Shown: piece after piece, positions 28,603-38,879 of the stretch
How positions within the stretch are numbered: position 1 is the first letter of the stretch
Layout of the letters: every line of letters starts with the position of its first letter
Origin: Candidatus Hydrogenedentota bacterium
Lineage (GTDB): Bacteria > Hydrogenedentota > Hydrogenedentia > Hydrogenedentales > JAGMZX01
Assembly (NCBI GenBank): GCA_029556545.1
Contig: JAKQEQ010000193.1
Location: forward strand, 15,262 to 79,261
Reading direction: 5' to 3'
Length of the DNA: 64,000 bases
Position numbers and translations under genes: made by a program
Notes under the pieces: model-generated
Told to the model about the DNA's origin: nothing
What the model saw: only the letters and a program-made list of their open reading frames with translations
Database searches by the model: none

Positions 28603-31563
28603 TTACCACCGCAGCGGCCGCCGCCACGCTTCCTTTAACTCCGCGAGCGACGCCTTGACCGCCGCGCCGCCAGCGCACGCCGCCTCGAACACCGGCTCCG
28701 GCGTCACGACGCCCAGGCGCGTCACGGGGCAGCCCGCCAGCGCCGCCTCGAAGTGATCGGCCTTCTCCGGCGACACGCTGGCCACGAACCGGCTCTGCGA
28801 TTCGCTGAACAGCGCCACGACGTTGCTTTCGAGGCCCATCGCCGCAATATCGAGGCGCATGCCGTACCCGCCCGCGAACGCGGACTCCGCCAGCGCCACC
28901 GCCAGCCCGCCGTCGCTGCAATCGTGACACGACGCGACCAGACCCGCGCCGAAGGCCGCCGACAGCTTCTCATAGAGCGCCCGCGCCCGCGCCGGGTCCA
29001 CTTTCGGCACATTCGCGCCCAGTTGGCCGCGCAGGGCGAGGTACTCGCTCCCGCCCAGTTCATTTTTCGTCTCGCCGAGGACGTACACGACGTCGCCGGG
29101 CCGCTTCACGTCCATCGAGACGACCCTGTCCGTGTCCTCGATGACAGCCGCGGCGGTGAACAGCACGGTCGGCGGAATCGAAATCTTCGTGTCGCCGATC
29201 TTGTAGTCGTTCTTCATGCTGTCCTTGCCGCTGATGAGCGGGACATCGTAGGCGGTGCACACGTCGTACAGCGCCTCGCACGCGCGCACGAGTTGCGCGA
29301 GCTTGTAGCGTCCGTCCGGCGTCTTCTCGCTCGCGACCGGGTCCGGCCAGCAGAAGTTGTCGAGCCCCGCGATGAGCCCGAGCCTTGCGCCGACGGCGAC
29401 CAGGTTGCGCACGGCCTCGTCGATGACGCATGCCATCATGTGATAGGTATCTAGGTCACTATATTTCGGGCAGATGCCGCACGCCACCGCGATCCCGCGT
29501 TTCGACCCGAGCACGGGCCGGATCACCCCCGCGTCGCCGGGGCCGTCGTGCGCGACGCCCTGGAACTGCTTGAGCACGCTCTGGCCCTGGACCTCGTGGT
29601 CGTACATGCGCACGAACGTTTCCTTGCTGCACACGTTCAGCGCGCCGAGCACGGCCTTCAGCTCCGCCGTCAGGTCCGCATCCTCGACGATGATTTCCGG
29701 TTCGAGCGCGGGCGGCGTCCATTCCGCTTCGAGGCGCATCCTCGGCACGCCGTCATGCAGGAACTCCATATCGAGCGCGCCGATGAGCCTGCCGTCGTAA
29801 TAGCACTCGAGGCGTCCCGAGTCCGTGAACTCGCCCAGCACCGTCGCCTCGACCTCGCGCCGCCGCGCCAGTTCGAGGAAGGCGTCGATCTGGTCCGGCG
29901 GCACGGCCAGCGTCATGCGCTCCTGCGCCTCGGACAGGAAAATCTCCCACGGCGCGAGCCCGGCGTACTTCAGCGGCGCCCGCTCAAGATGGACCCGCGC
30001 CCCGCCGCACCCGCGCGCCATTTCGCCCACGCTCGACGACAGCCCGCCCGCCCCGTTGTCCGTGATGTTGTGGTACAGGCCGAGATCGCGCGCTTCGAGC
30101 AACAGGTCGGCCATCTTTTTCTGCGTGATCGGGTCGCCTATCTGCACCGCCGTCGCCGGCGAACCCGCGTGCAACTCCTCCGAGGAAAAGGTCGCGCCGT
30201 GGATGCCGTCCTTGCCGATGCGCCCGCCCGTCATCACGATCAGATCGCCCGGCTGCGCCTTCTTGACGTGGCTGGGCCGCCCGGCAACCGTCCGCGGGAT
30301 CAGCCCGCCCGTGCCGCAGAACACCAGCGGCTTGCCCAGGAACCGCTCGTGGAAGACGATGGCCCCGTTCACGTCCGGGATGCCGCTCTGGTTGCCGCCG
30401 TCCTTCACGCCCCGGTGGACCCCGCGAAGCACGCGCCGCGGATGCAGCAGCCGCTCCGGTATCGCGCCCTCATGGAACGGCGACGCGAAGCAGAACACGT
30501 CCGTGTTGAAAATGCAGCGGCAGCCCAGCCCCGCGCCCAGCACGTCGCGGTTCACGCCCACGATGCCGGTCATCGCCCCGCCATAAGGATCGAGGGCGGA
30601 TGGACTGTTGTGCGTCTCCGCCTTGAGCGCGAAATTGTGGTCTTCGTCGAAGCGGACCGTGCCCGCGTTGTCGTCGAAGACGCTCACGAGCCAATCGACC
30701 TTTTTCGCCACGGCGTCCGTCGTGGCCTTGACATAGGTCTTGAACAAACCGTCTATTGTTCGTTTTTGTTTGTTTTCGTCCGTATAGCGGATGGTTGCGT
30801 TGAAAATCTTGTGTTTGCAGTGCTCCGACCACGTCTGCGCGAGCACTTCGAGTTCCAGATCCGTCGGCCGCGGTGGCAGGCCCAGCGTCGCCCGCGACGC
30901 CCGTACCGCCGGGTCGCGGTAGTGCGCCTGGATCGCCTGAATCTCGTGCAGTTCGAGGGCAAGCACCATGTCGCGGCTGAGTCGCCGCAACGCCTCGTCC
31001 GGCACTTCCAGGTCGATCTCGCGGACCGCCGCGTCGCTTGTCGTGGTGACGATGGGCAGCGCGAGGAGGGGCTTGCCATCCAGCGCGCGCATTTCGGCGG
31101 CGGACTTCACGACCCACTGCTCGATCAGTTCATTGGCGAGCAGGTCGCGGGCGATCCGCGCGCACGTTGCGGCGTCCACGCCGCCCCGAACCACGTACAG
31201 CGTCGACTTGAACACGGCTTCGCCGGCGGCCAATGGCCGCCCGAGCACGTCCGCGATGCCCTCCGCGGAACTCTTGCCGATATTGTCCGTGACGCCGGGC
31301 AGAAAGCCCACTTCGATGACGTAGTCGTAGTCTCGGGCGAGCGATCGGTCAATGGCCGATTCCTGGATAATCGGGTCGGTGAACAACTCGCGGCGGACGG
31401 TCTCCAGTTCGTCCGGGGACACCGCCGCGTGGACGGTATACACGTCGATGACGCTGACGTCGTCCACGTGGATGCCGAGGTCTTCCGCGAGCCGGTCGCG
31501 GACGGACGCGCCCGCCGGGTCCGGGAGACCCGGCTTCATCGCCACTTCGATCCGGCTAGGCAT
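28603..31563 (-). CDS. purL: phosphoribosylformylglycinamidine synthase, PurS-PurL fusion (FGAM synthase II with N-terminal PurS domain)
   Basis: 986 aa. The N-terminal 80 aa IEVAMKPGLPDPAGASV is PurS-like. It is followed by PurL N-domain, linker and AIRS/AIRS_C duplications with GGRIGKDGIHGATFSS and DCSDGGLAVAL. Confidence 0.9.
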   Translation of the reverse strand: MPSRIEVAMKPGLPDPAGASVRDRLAEDLGIHVDDVSVIDVYTVHAAVSPDELETVRRELFTDPIIQESAIDRSLARDYDYVIEVGFLPGVTDNIGKSSAEGIADVLGRPLAAGEAVFKSTLYVVRGGVDAATCARIARDLLANELIEQWVVKSAAEMRALDGKPLLALPIVTTTSDAAVREIDLEVPDEALRRLSRDMVLALELHEIQAIQAHYRDPAVRASRATLGLPPRPTDLELEVLAQTWSEHCKHKIFNATIRYTDENKQKRTIDGLFKTYVKATTDAVAKKVDWLVSVFDDNAGTVRFDEDHNFALKAETHNSPSALDPYGGAMTGIVGVNRDVLGAGLGCRCIFNTDVFCFASPFHEGAIPERLLHPRRVLRGVHRGVKDGGNQSGIPDVNGAIVFHERFLGKPLVFCGTGGLIPRTVAGRPSHVKKAQPGDLIVMTGGRIGKDGIHGATFSSEELHAGSPATAVQIGDPITQKKMADLLLEARDLGLYHNITDNGAGGLSSSVGEMARGCGGARVHLERAPLKYAGLAPWEIFLSEAQERMTLAVPPDQIDAFLELARRREVEATVLGEFTDSGRLECYYDGRLIGALDMEFLHDGVPRMRLEAEWTPPALEPEIIVEDADLTAELKAVLGALNVCSKETFVRMYDHEVQGQSVLKQFQGVAHDGPGDAGVIRPVLGSKRGIAVACGICPKYSDLDTYHMMACVIDEAVRNLVAVGARLGLIAGLDNFCWPDPVASEKTPDGRYKLAQLVRACEALYDVCTAYDVPLISGKDSMKNDYKIGDTKISIPPTVLFTAAAVIEDTDRVVSMDVKRPGDVVYVLGETKNELGGSEYLALRGQLGANVPKVDPARARALYEKLSAAFGAGLVASCHDCSDGGLAVALAESAFAGGYGMRLDIAAMGLESNVVALFSESQSRFVASVSPEKADHFEAALAGCPVTRLGVVTPEPVFEAACAGGAAVKASLAELKEAWRRPLRW

Positions 31564-32617
31564 ATTGCAGCGTCCCGGTGTAGGTGACCTTCCGTTCGCC
31601 GGTCACGACCTTGCCGACCACCATCGCCTGCTGCCCGGCCATTTCGACGCTCTGCACCGCCTTCGCCGCCTGCTTCTCGGGGACGATGAAGAGGAATCCG
31701 ATGCCCATGTTGAACGTGCGCAGCATTTCGGCGTCGGCGACGCGCCCCGCCTCCTTCAGGAACGTGAACAGGCGCGGCACGGACCAGCTCGAAAGGTCGA
31801 TCTCGACCCCGAAACCGTCGGGCAGGGCGCGGGGCAGGTTGTCCGTGATGCCGCCGCCGGTCACGTGGGCCATGCCGCGGACTTCGACCAGCTTCATCAC
31901 GATCTGCATCAACTTGGCGTAGCTGATATGGGGCTCCATCAGCGCGGCGGCCACGGTCTTGCCGAGGCCGGGCACTTCATCCTCGATGCGCAGTTTCGCC
32001 ACGTCGAACACGATGCGCCGCGCCAGGCTGTATCCGTTCGTGTGCAGGCCCGACGACGGGAGCCCGACGACCACGTCGCCCGGCGCGATGCGCGACCCGT
32101 CCACGATGTTCTTGCGGTCCACCACGCCCACGATGGTCCCGGCCAGGTCGTACTCGTTCTCCGCGTACATGCCCGGCATCTCGGCCGTCTCGCCGCCGAT
32201 GAGGGCGCAGCCCGCGTAGCGGCAGCCCGCCGCGACACCGCGGATGACGTCGCCGATGATCTCGGGATCGACCTTGCCCGCGGCCAGATAATCGAGGAAG
32301 AACAGGGGCCGCGCGCCCTGCACCAGGATGTCGTTCACCGAGTGCGACACGAGATCCACGCCGACGGTGTCGTGCTTGTTCGTCATGAACGCGAGCTTCA
32401 GCTTCGTGCCGACGCCGTCCACGCTCGAAACCAGCACCGGCGCCTCCATGTCCTTGATGTCGAGCAGGTACATGGCGCCGAAACTGCCGATATCCTGAAG
32501 CACGTTGTCGTTGAACGTGCGCTTGATCGCTTCCTTCGCGCGGGCGAGCGCCGCGTTCGCCGCGTCGATATCGACGCCCGCGTCCTTGTAGCTCAAACCC
32601 GGTGTGTCGTGGTTCAT
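31556..32617 (-). CDS. purM: phosphoribosylformylglycinamidine cyclo-ligase (AIR synthase) PurM
   Basis: Internal ATG 32617 with RBS ggagga. MNHDTPGLSYKDAGVDID... is the classical PurM N-terminus. The stop overlaps the purL start by 8 nt. Confidence 0.9.
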   Translation of the reverse strand: MNHDTPGLSYKDAGVDIDAANAALARAKEAIKRTFNDNVLQDIGSFGAMYLLDIKDMEAPVLVSSVDGVGTKLKLAFMTNKHDTVGVDLVSHSVNDILVQGARPLFFLDYLAAGKVDPEIIGDVIRGVAAGCRYAGCALIGGETAEMPGMYAENEYDLAGTIVGVVDRKNIVDGSRIAPGDVVVGLPSSGLHTNGYSLARRIVFDVAKLRIEDEVPGLGKTVAAALMEPHISYAKLMQIVMKLVEVRGMAHVTGGGITDNLPRALPDGFGVEIDLSSWSVPRLFTFLKEAGRVADAEMLRTFNMGIGFLFIVPEKQAAKAVQSVEMAGQQAMVVGKVVTGERKVTYTGTLQYA

Positions 32618-32799
32618 CGTGGGGATTCCTCCGGAAGGCCATAAGGATAGCCGCCCCACCGGGTCAAAGCAAATGGCGCGACGCCCAGGCAACATGCGCC
32701 AATGTGGGGCGGACATACTTGCCTGCCGCTCATTCCTTCGCTTGCGGGCGCGCTAGGAACGTTCAGTCTTCACTGCTCGGCGCGGCTGCCCCGTTGGCG

Positions 32800-33585
32800 T
32801 CATTTCCGCTCAAGGCTGTGGCGGATGTAGCGTTCCAGCGCGGCCTCGGCGTCTAGCACGCGCTTAAGCAAGGGCTCGATGTGCCGCTCGAGGTAGCTGC
32901 GGGCGTTGCGTGCTTGCTCGGGTTTGGGTTCCGCGCCCGTCTCGTATTCCTGAATCCAGCCCTCGACCTGTCGCTTGGCCTCTTCCAGGTGCGACCGTTG
33001 TTTGGCCAACACGTCCGCGTCTCGCCCGCCGCCCCAGAAGGCGAACAACTTGGTGGCGAACTCGACGTGCGCGCGGATTACTTCCCAATCTCGCGGATCG
33101 TGATTTTGGAATAGGTCCTGAAATCCCGACTCCACCAATTGAAGACTGGGACGAAACAGTGGATGCCCGCGTTGTGACAGAATTTGCGCAAGCACGGCCC
33201 TGATCTCGACCGCTCGATCGTCGTTCGGATGTTCCTTCAGCCACTGCTGGCCGACCTGCAGTGCGCGCCACTCGCGGTACGTCAAGGCGTATAGCTCGAC
33301 TTGGCGCATCGCGGCCCAACGACGCAGCGGCTCGGGCGCCGTTGCATCATCCAGCAGCGCCTGGCACGCCGCCAGGGGTTCCGCCTCGACCCCGTTGCCC
33401 AAGGTGCGCTTTGCAGCCGGGATCAACTCATCCTGGGCCAGCGTTGTTGCCTCATACGGCAGCTCGGGGAAGGGATTGAAATCGGCCAAGCTCGCTCCGA
33501 AGGCGGCCACATTCGGAACGATGCTCAAGAAAAGGACCGACCACACACGAACAACAGTCGCCGCTGCTTTTCGTTTCCACCACAT
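32800..33585 (-). CDS. hypothetical secreted protein
   Basis: 261 aa. The N-terminal signal-like MWWKRKAAATVVRVWSVLFLSIVPNVAAFGA precedes a helical Glu/Arg-rich body. Confidence 0.55.
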   Translation of the reverse strand: MWWKRKAAATVVRVWSVLFLSIVPNVAAFGASLADFNPFPELPYEATTLAQDELIPAAKRTLGNGVEAEPLAACQALLDDATAPEPLRRWAAMRQVELYALTYREWRALQVGQQWLKEHPNDDRAVEIRAVLAQILSQRGHPLFRPSLQLVESGFQDLFQNHDPRDWEVIRAHVEFATKLFAFWGGGRDADVLAKQRSHLEEAKRQVEGWIQEYETGAEPKPEQARNARSYLERHIEPLLKRVLDAEAALERYIRHSLERK

Positions 33586-33642
33586 ATGCCCGAATTCCTC
33601 CTTGAGCGTTCTCTCGTTTCGTGTTCGGCGATCCGGCGCGTC

Positions 33643-34554
33643 CTAAGGCGTAGCGGCATCGACGCGCTCCGCATCGTTCCGCATTACGGCATCACGCCAC
33701 CAAAGCTGATAGTGGTAGTGTGCGCCGGGAGGCACCTCCGGCTCCCGCCGCTTTCGCGCCACGATCTCGGCGAACATGTGGCCAGCCACGTCCTCGAAGG
33801 TGTACTCCTCATCTTGCGCCCACCGTGTGCGTTCCGGGTTCGCGGGATAACGTCTGTGCAGACGTTCAAGCAAAGGCAGACTGAGGCTCGGGGGAAGGTG
33901 TCCGAGCACAGAAATCGCCCGCAGGCGCACCTGAATCCTGCCCTCCCACACGCTTGTGGACCACTTGGGGGAACGGACTGGCGCGGCGCCCCAGAACTCC
34001 TCCGTCATGCATTCTTCGAGGAGCCTCACCGTCTCGGCCAGGTGAATCCAACCCAGTAGTTCATAGGTCTCGATGAGCGCCTGCGCGTGCTCGTCGCCGA
34101 GTTTCTCGCCGCGCGGCGCCTGAAACGCCAGGCGCGCCAAGGACACTACGCGACAGTCCCGGGTCATGCCGGCCTTGGCCGCCCACAACACGACGCGATA
34201 CGACAGCCAGTCCGGGGGACTTTTCGCGAGCGCGCGCCGCCCCGCCTCGATGACGTAGGTCGCGTCGCCCGCGGGCTTCGGCGCATTCACCCATGCAAGG
34301 TACGTGGACCACGAGTGCCTGCCCAGACGAACACCTTCCTCCATGCGTCGCAGACCCACAACCGTATCCAGGTACAATTCCTTCAGGCGGACATCCGTAC
34401 TCTGCTCGATGTCCGGGTCGCCGGGCCAGACCGTCTCGGGCGGATAGATGATCGGCGGCTCGCCAGACGTCGCCACCGAACAGAGTATGCCCAACATCGC
34501 GAGTACGACGCAGCACCGGTGTTCGTTGACCTTTGCGCCATTGACTATGCTCAT
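33643..34554 (-). CDS. hypothetical secreted protein
   Basis: 303 aa. N-terminal hydrophobic segment CCVVLAMLGILCSVATSG. No motif recognised. Confidence 0.55.
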   Translation of the reverse strand: MSIVNGAKVNEHRCCVVLAMLGILCSVATSGEPPIIYPPETVWPGDPDIEQSTDVRLKELYLDTVVGLRRMEEGVRLGRHSWSTYLAWVNAPKPAGDATYVIEAGRRALAKSPPDWLSYRVVLWAAKAGMTRDCRVVSLARLAFQAPRGEKLGDEHAQALIETYELLGWIHLAETVRLLEECMTEEFWGAAPVRSPKWSTSVWEGRIQVRLRAISVLGHLPPSLSLPLLERLHRRYPANPERTRWAQDEEYTFEDVAGHMFAEIVARKRREPEVPPGAHYHYQLWWRDAVMRNDAERVDAATP

Positions 34555-34578
34555 GCGCGCGTCTCCTCCTTCCTGATC

Positions 34579-35886
34579 CTACAACCAGTCTGGAATGTCG
34601 CTGACGAATTGCGGTTTCTGTGCCCACCAATTGACATCCGCCCCGTATCTCCAGTCGCCGATCCACATTACATTGTATTCGACGACGCCCGGATCGTCAT
34701 GCCCCAGACCGACAACGTGACCGGTTTCATGCGCAAACGTCTGCTGAAGATCGCGCGACACGACGCTAAGCCATATGAAGGCCGACGCGGCATTTGCGAG
34801 ACCCCACAGACCATTGCCCGGAGGTCGGTGATCCATGGAGTAAACGCGCTCGCACGTCATCAGATCGTAACCACAAGCGTCGAGAAGTTGGAAGCCACTC
34901 CAGTGATCTGGATTGCATTCATCGAACTCTACTCTAGCATCAGTCTCCCTTGCGTACTCAAGCAAATGATAATGCACTGGCACCGCACTATCCAGAGGAT
35001 CGTCAAATCGCTCTTTGAGAGTTGTCTGTTGCACATCCGGGTTCTCTGAAAGATCTTGGCGAAGTCGCAATGACGCCCCCGCGAGGATGTTCTCCAGCGG
35101 TAATTCACGGGCTTCGGGGTGGCGTACCGCGCGTAGACCGTAGGTTTTTGCCGGGTCAACCTGCCCCGGAATGACTATTTCCGCGTAGTTAGGTTTTCCC
35201 CCGTCTTCAGGTTGACTCGCTCCGAATCGTGTAACCCTTATTCTGTATCCGCGCGAACCGGCTAAGTAATCCGGCTTTACCTCGTAATAGCAGCGCGCCA
35301 TCAGCGGTTCTTCTGGATCGGGTTCAACCTTGTGGACATAGCCGGCTATCGAGTAGAGATATGGAGTAGCTGCGTTGGAAACGATACAGAGGCATGTCAA
35401 GTCCGAATCCCCATAGTCTCTCAGGCAATCTTCACTTTCACCGCAATCTCCTCCACAGTGGTCCTGAGCACCCTCCCTCATTTTCACGTCGAAGGCGTCG
35501 TAACGAATGTCGCAGTCTTCACCGCCTTCAACTCTGAGATCGCCTATCGTCCCTGGATACGCGGCGAGTAAGGGAAGCCCCACAGGTCGTATTTCCGTAA
35601 TGGGATTCATGGCGTGGGGCCAGCCCGCCGCGGCTATTGGAGCGGTGCACGCACATGTGTTGATCTCGCCAACATCGAGATGCTCCAACATGCGCGGACA
35701 GGCAGCCAGTAATGTAGTTGCCACGAGCAGAACAAAAGATTTGAACGGGATCCCGAGAAAATTTCCCGACACCACGCCACGCGAGGACCTGCGAATCGCG
35801 CTTGGTGCTGTCCCGCCCACAAGAGACGGCAAAGAAACCTTAAGTGGTAGGGAAGAACCATCTACCCCCCCCCGAGTCCAGCGCAC
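34579..35886 (-). CDS. secreted zinc metalloprotease of the metzincin type (HExxHxxGxxHD)
   Basis: HETGHVVGLGHDD is the extended zincin motif. There are a hydrophobic signal FKSFVLLVATTLLAACP and a Cys-rich pro-region. The start codon is uncertain; the longest ORF is used. Confidence 0.7.
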   Translation of the reverse strand: MRWTRGGVDGSSLPLKVSLPSLVGGTAPSAIRRSSRGVVSGNFLGIPFKSFVLLVATTLLAACPRMLEHLDVGEINTCACTAPIAAAGWPHAMNPITEIRPVGLPLLAAYPGTIGDLRVEGGEDCDIRYDAFDVKMREGAQDHCGGDCGESEDCLRDYGDSDLTCLCIVSNAATPYLYSIAGYVHKVEPDPEEPLMARCYYEVKPDYLAGSRGYRIRVTRFGASQPEDGGKPNYAEIVIPGQVDPAKTYGLRAVRHPEARELPLENILAGASLRLRQDLSENPDVQQTTLKERFDDPLDSAVPVHYHLLEYARETDARVEFDECNPDHWSGFQLLDACGYDLMTCERVYSMDHRPPGNGLWGLANAASAFIWLSVVSRDLQQTFAHETGHVVGLGHDDPGVVEYNVMWIGDWRYGADVNWWAQKPQFVSDIPDWL

Positions 35887-36068
35887 CTCCCAACGCTATA
35901 CGTTTCTCGCCCGACAACCGAACCTTCGCATTTCCGCGCCATTTCGTTACCCCCCGCCGTCACAATCAACCCCTTCTGACGACACTCTACCCCGTTTGCG
36001 GCGATTTGTCAACCCCCCGAATCGCGCGACGGCCACGAGGTCCGCGGGAGGAAGAGGGCGAGGGCGGA

Positions 36069-37016
36069 TCAGGGGGGCGGCGGCATGGCCTGGAGGGCGG
36101 CGTCGGGCGTGAAGACGATGTCGGCGTAGGCGCGGGGCTGGGCGAGGGTGCGTCCGGAGAGTACGACGCACCGTTCGAGGCGCATGGGCGCGGTCAATGC
36201 GACATGATCGCCGACGACCGTCTCGATGAGTTCCACGCCGTCCGCGATGCGGCAGTTTTCGCCGACCAGCGATGTCAGTCCGCGCCGGCGCAACTCGTGA
36301 ACGCAGCAGGCGATGAGATCGGCGATGTAGGTGAGGTTCATGTCCCATTGGACGACGGGCGCGACGCGCACGGGGTATTCGTAGTCGATCAGTATCTGGA
36401 TCGAGTCGGTGATCTCGTATTCGTCGCGCAAGGCGGTGCGCGGCGTGCGGCGGATAGCGTCGAAGATGCGCATGTCGAAGAGGTAGAGCCCGCAACCCTT
36501 CAGCTTATTGGTCACGTGCCGGGGTTTTTCGATGACGCGCCGGACCGTGCCGTCGGGGCGCAGGTGGACGCAGAAGTTCTTTTTGATTGCCTCGATGTCG
36601 TCCTCTTCTTTCACCGCCAGGACCGCGGCGGCCTCGTGCCGCTCGAATTCCTCGATCATGCGGGCCGGCTCCGAGACATCGAAGAAGATGTCGCCGAGGA
36701 ACAGCACGAACGGCCGGTCCACGTGGCGTTCGAGTTGGCCGACCGCGTGCGCGAGCCCGAGCCGCTGCTCCTGTTCGACGTAGCGCAGCCGCACGCCGTA
36801 TTCGCGGCCGTCGCCGAGGACTCGGGTGATCACGTGCCCGAGATGGCCGATGACGACGATGATGTCTTCGATGCCGAGGTTGCGCAGGTGTTCGAGTTGA
36901 TAGGCGAGCAGGGGCTTGTTGCAGATGGGCGCGATCGGTTTCGGCACGCTTTCGCCGAAGGGCCCCATGCGCGACCCATGCCCCGCCGCGAGAATTACGC
37001 CCTGATACGCCGACAT
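36069..37016 (-). CDS. sugar-1-phosphate nucleotidylyltransferase (N-terminal NTP-transferase fold plus C-terminal left-handed beta-helix)
   Basis: Internal ATG 37016 with RBS ggaggg. GVILAAGHGSRMGPFGESVPKPIAP is the G-x-G-t-R-l signature of nucleotidyltransferases. Confidence 0.8.
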   Translation of the reverse strand: MSAYQGVILAAGHGSRMGPFGESVPKPIAPICNKPLLAYQLEHLRNLGIEDIIVVIGHLGHVITRVLGDGREYGVRLRYVEQEQRLGLAHAVGQLERHVDRPFVLFLGDIFFDVSEPARMIEEFERHEAAAVLAVKEEDDIEAIKKNFCVHLRPDGTVRRVIEKPRHVTNKLKGCGLYLFDMRIFDAIRRTPRTALRDEYEITDSIQILIDYEYPVRVAPVVQWDMNLTYIADLIACCVHELRRRGLTSLVGENCRIADGVELIETVVGDHVALTAPMRLERCVVLSGRTLAQPRAYADIVFTPDAALQAMPPPP

Positions 37017-37152
37017 CGTCTTTCCCTCCGGGACCGTGGCGCCTGGAATCGTTCCAGGCGCGGTCGAATTGTCGCGGAAGCGACGGCGACGGCGCAAGTG
37101 GGGTGGACGCGATATGCGTGTCGCCGCGCGTCGCGACTGGCCGCCGCCCGAA

Positions 37153-38745
37153 TTAACGATCGGGCGATGCCGCGGCGGCCACGTCGTCCGAATCCGGCTT
37201 TGTCGCGTCATTGATCACGGGCAGCAGGCGGCGGGGCAGCGGCCCGGCGCGGTCGCGAATGCGCAGATCGAATCCATGATCCGTGATTTCCCCAAGGCGG
37301 ACTTCCACCGCCGCCCGCGCCGGCCAGGTCTGTTCCGGCGTGTAGGGCCACGGAGCGACGGCGACGGGGCGCGCCCCATCCACGCGAATCACGCCTTCCT
37401 CCGGCTCCCAGGCCGCCACGGTAATGTGCGCTTTCTTGCGTCCCACGTAGTGCATCGGCAACAACGACACGTGCGGTACGCGGCGGCTGAACGGCGTGTC
37501 GTGGGCGATGGACTCGGAAAGCATCATCGGCGCGCCGCGAAAGCATTGGAAGTCCGGCAGCACGCCCAGGACCTCGTTCGGATGCGCGGTCGCGAAGGCG
37601 GTCGCCTGCTGCCGGAAGCGGGCCGCTTCGCGCGCCGCGTGCCGCCAGGACATGATCGCGCCCCATTGCAGCAGGAACAGGAGCACGCAAAGGGCGGTCG
37701 TCAACAGCACCATCGGCTTCGGCCACTTGGGATGCCGCATGATCCGTTCGCACAGCGCCGCCGCGCCCACCGCGAAGAATCCCAGCGGCAGCAGCAGCGC
37801 GCCGCCGCCGGTCATATGCACGGGGTCGATGAACCCGCGGTCCTGCCCCGCACGGACAAGAACCATCGAGATCAGCGCGAAGGTGAACGCCGGCAGGCGC
37901 ACACGCCGTTCCAGGAACACCAACGCGGCAATGGCCAACGCAGCGGCGCCGTAGGCGAGAAGGGGATGGGCAACGAATCGGCCCGCCGTCTCGGGCAGGA
38001 GGCCGATAGGGTAGAAGAGCAAGCCCAACGGCGCGAACAACCGCAGGGGGGCCGGGACTTCCGGCGGCGACGCGATACCGTGCGCGACAAACGCCGCCAG
38101 AGCGATGGCCGTGAACGGCGCGAGCCGCGCCGGCGAACGCCGGTCCCGCTTCTTCAGCAGGAACTCATGGCAGATAAGCGGCGCGATGAGCAACAGGTTG
38201 CCGCGAAACGGCAGGACGGCGCAGGCGAACACCGCCAATGCGGAAACATATGCTCGTGACGCCGCCGCCCCGTGCCCGCCGCGCGCGCCCCGGGCCGACC
38301 GCACGTACATCGCTGTCGCGCTTAGCCCGAGGAACGCGGGCAACAGGTCCGCCGCGCCGGTCAGGTGCAGCGTGGCTTCGCTCTTTGCCGGGTGCGCCAT
38401 GAAGATCACCGCCGCCAGCGACCCCAACCAGACCGGTCCGCCGACAATCCAGCGCGTGAGAAAGAACACCGCGACCATGCAGCCGTAGAGCAAAGCGAGA
38501 TTCACCGCGTGATACGGCGCGGCCATGTCGAAGAACAGCCACCGCTCGGCGGAAATCGCCGCGCGTAGCGGCCAACCCAAGGTACCCGGATCGGCCAACA
38601 GCGCGAAATCCCGCCCGAGCGGTCCTACGCCGATTCCCCATGCGTGAACCAGCAGCAGATAGAAGAAGTCCGCGATGAGGAAATAGCGGACCAGATTGCG
38701 CGGCCTGACCGCGCGCGCCGATTGCAGGGATTCCGGACTCAGCAT
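37153..38745 (-). CDS. polytopic membrane protein (PMT/ArnT-like glycosyltransferase-C-fold candidate or polysaccharide polymerase)
   Basis: 530 aa from internal ATG 38745. About 12 TM helices are followed by a C-terminal soluble domain. Confidence 0.65.
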   Translation of the reverse strand: MLSPESLQSARAVRPRNLVRYFLIADFFYLLLVHAWGIGVGPLGRDFALLADPGTLGWPLRAAISAERWLFFDMAAPYHAVNLALLYGCMVAVFFLTRWIVGGPVWLGSLAAVIFMAHPAKSEATLHLTGAADLLPAFLGLSATAMYVRSARGARGGHGAAASRAYVSALAVFACAVLPFRGNLLLIAPLICHEFLLKKRDRRSPARLAPFTAIALAAFVAHGIASPPEVPAPLRLFAPLGLLFYPIGLLPETAGRFVAHPLLAYGAAALAIAALVFLERRVRLPAFTFALISMVLVRAGQDRGFIDPVHMTGGGALLLPLGFFAVGAAALCERIMRHPKWPKPMVLLTTALCVLLFLLQWGAIMSWRHAAREAARFRQQATAFATAHPNEVLGVLPDFQCFRGAPMMLSESIAHDTPFSRRVPHVSLLPMHYVGRKKAHITVAAWEPEEGVIRVDGARPVAVAPWPYTPEQTWPARAAVEVRLGEITDHGFDLRIRDRAGPLPRRLLPVINDATKPDSDDVAAAASPDR

Positions 38746-38879
38746 GACGCCGCAGTCTAGTCGCGCGGGCGGCGACGCGCAACATTGTCGCGCGCGATCG
38801 AGGGACGGGTCCGATTGGCGGAGCGTTTGCGGGTATAATCCGCGCGACGACACGTCAACCGGAATAAGGAGACGCTTGC

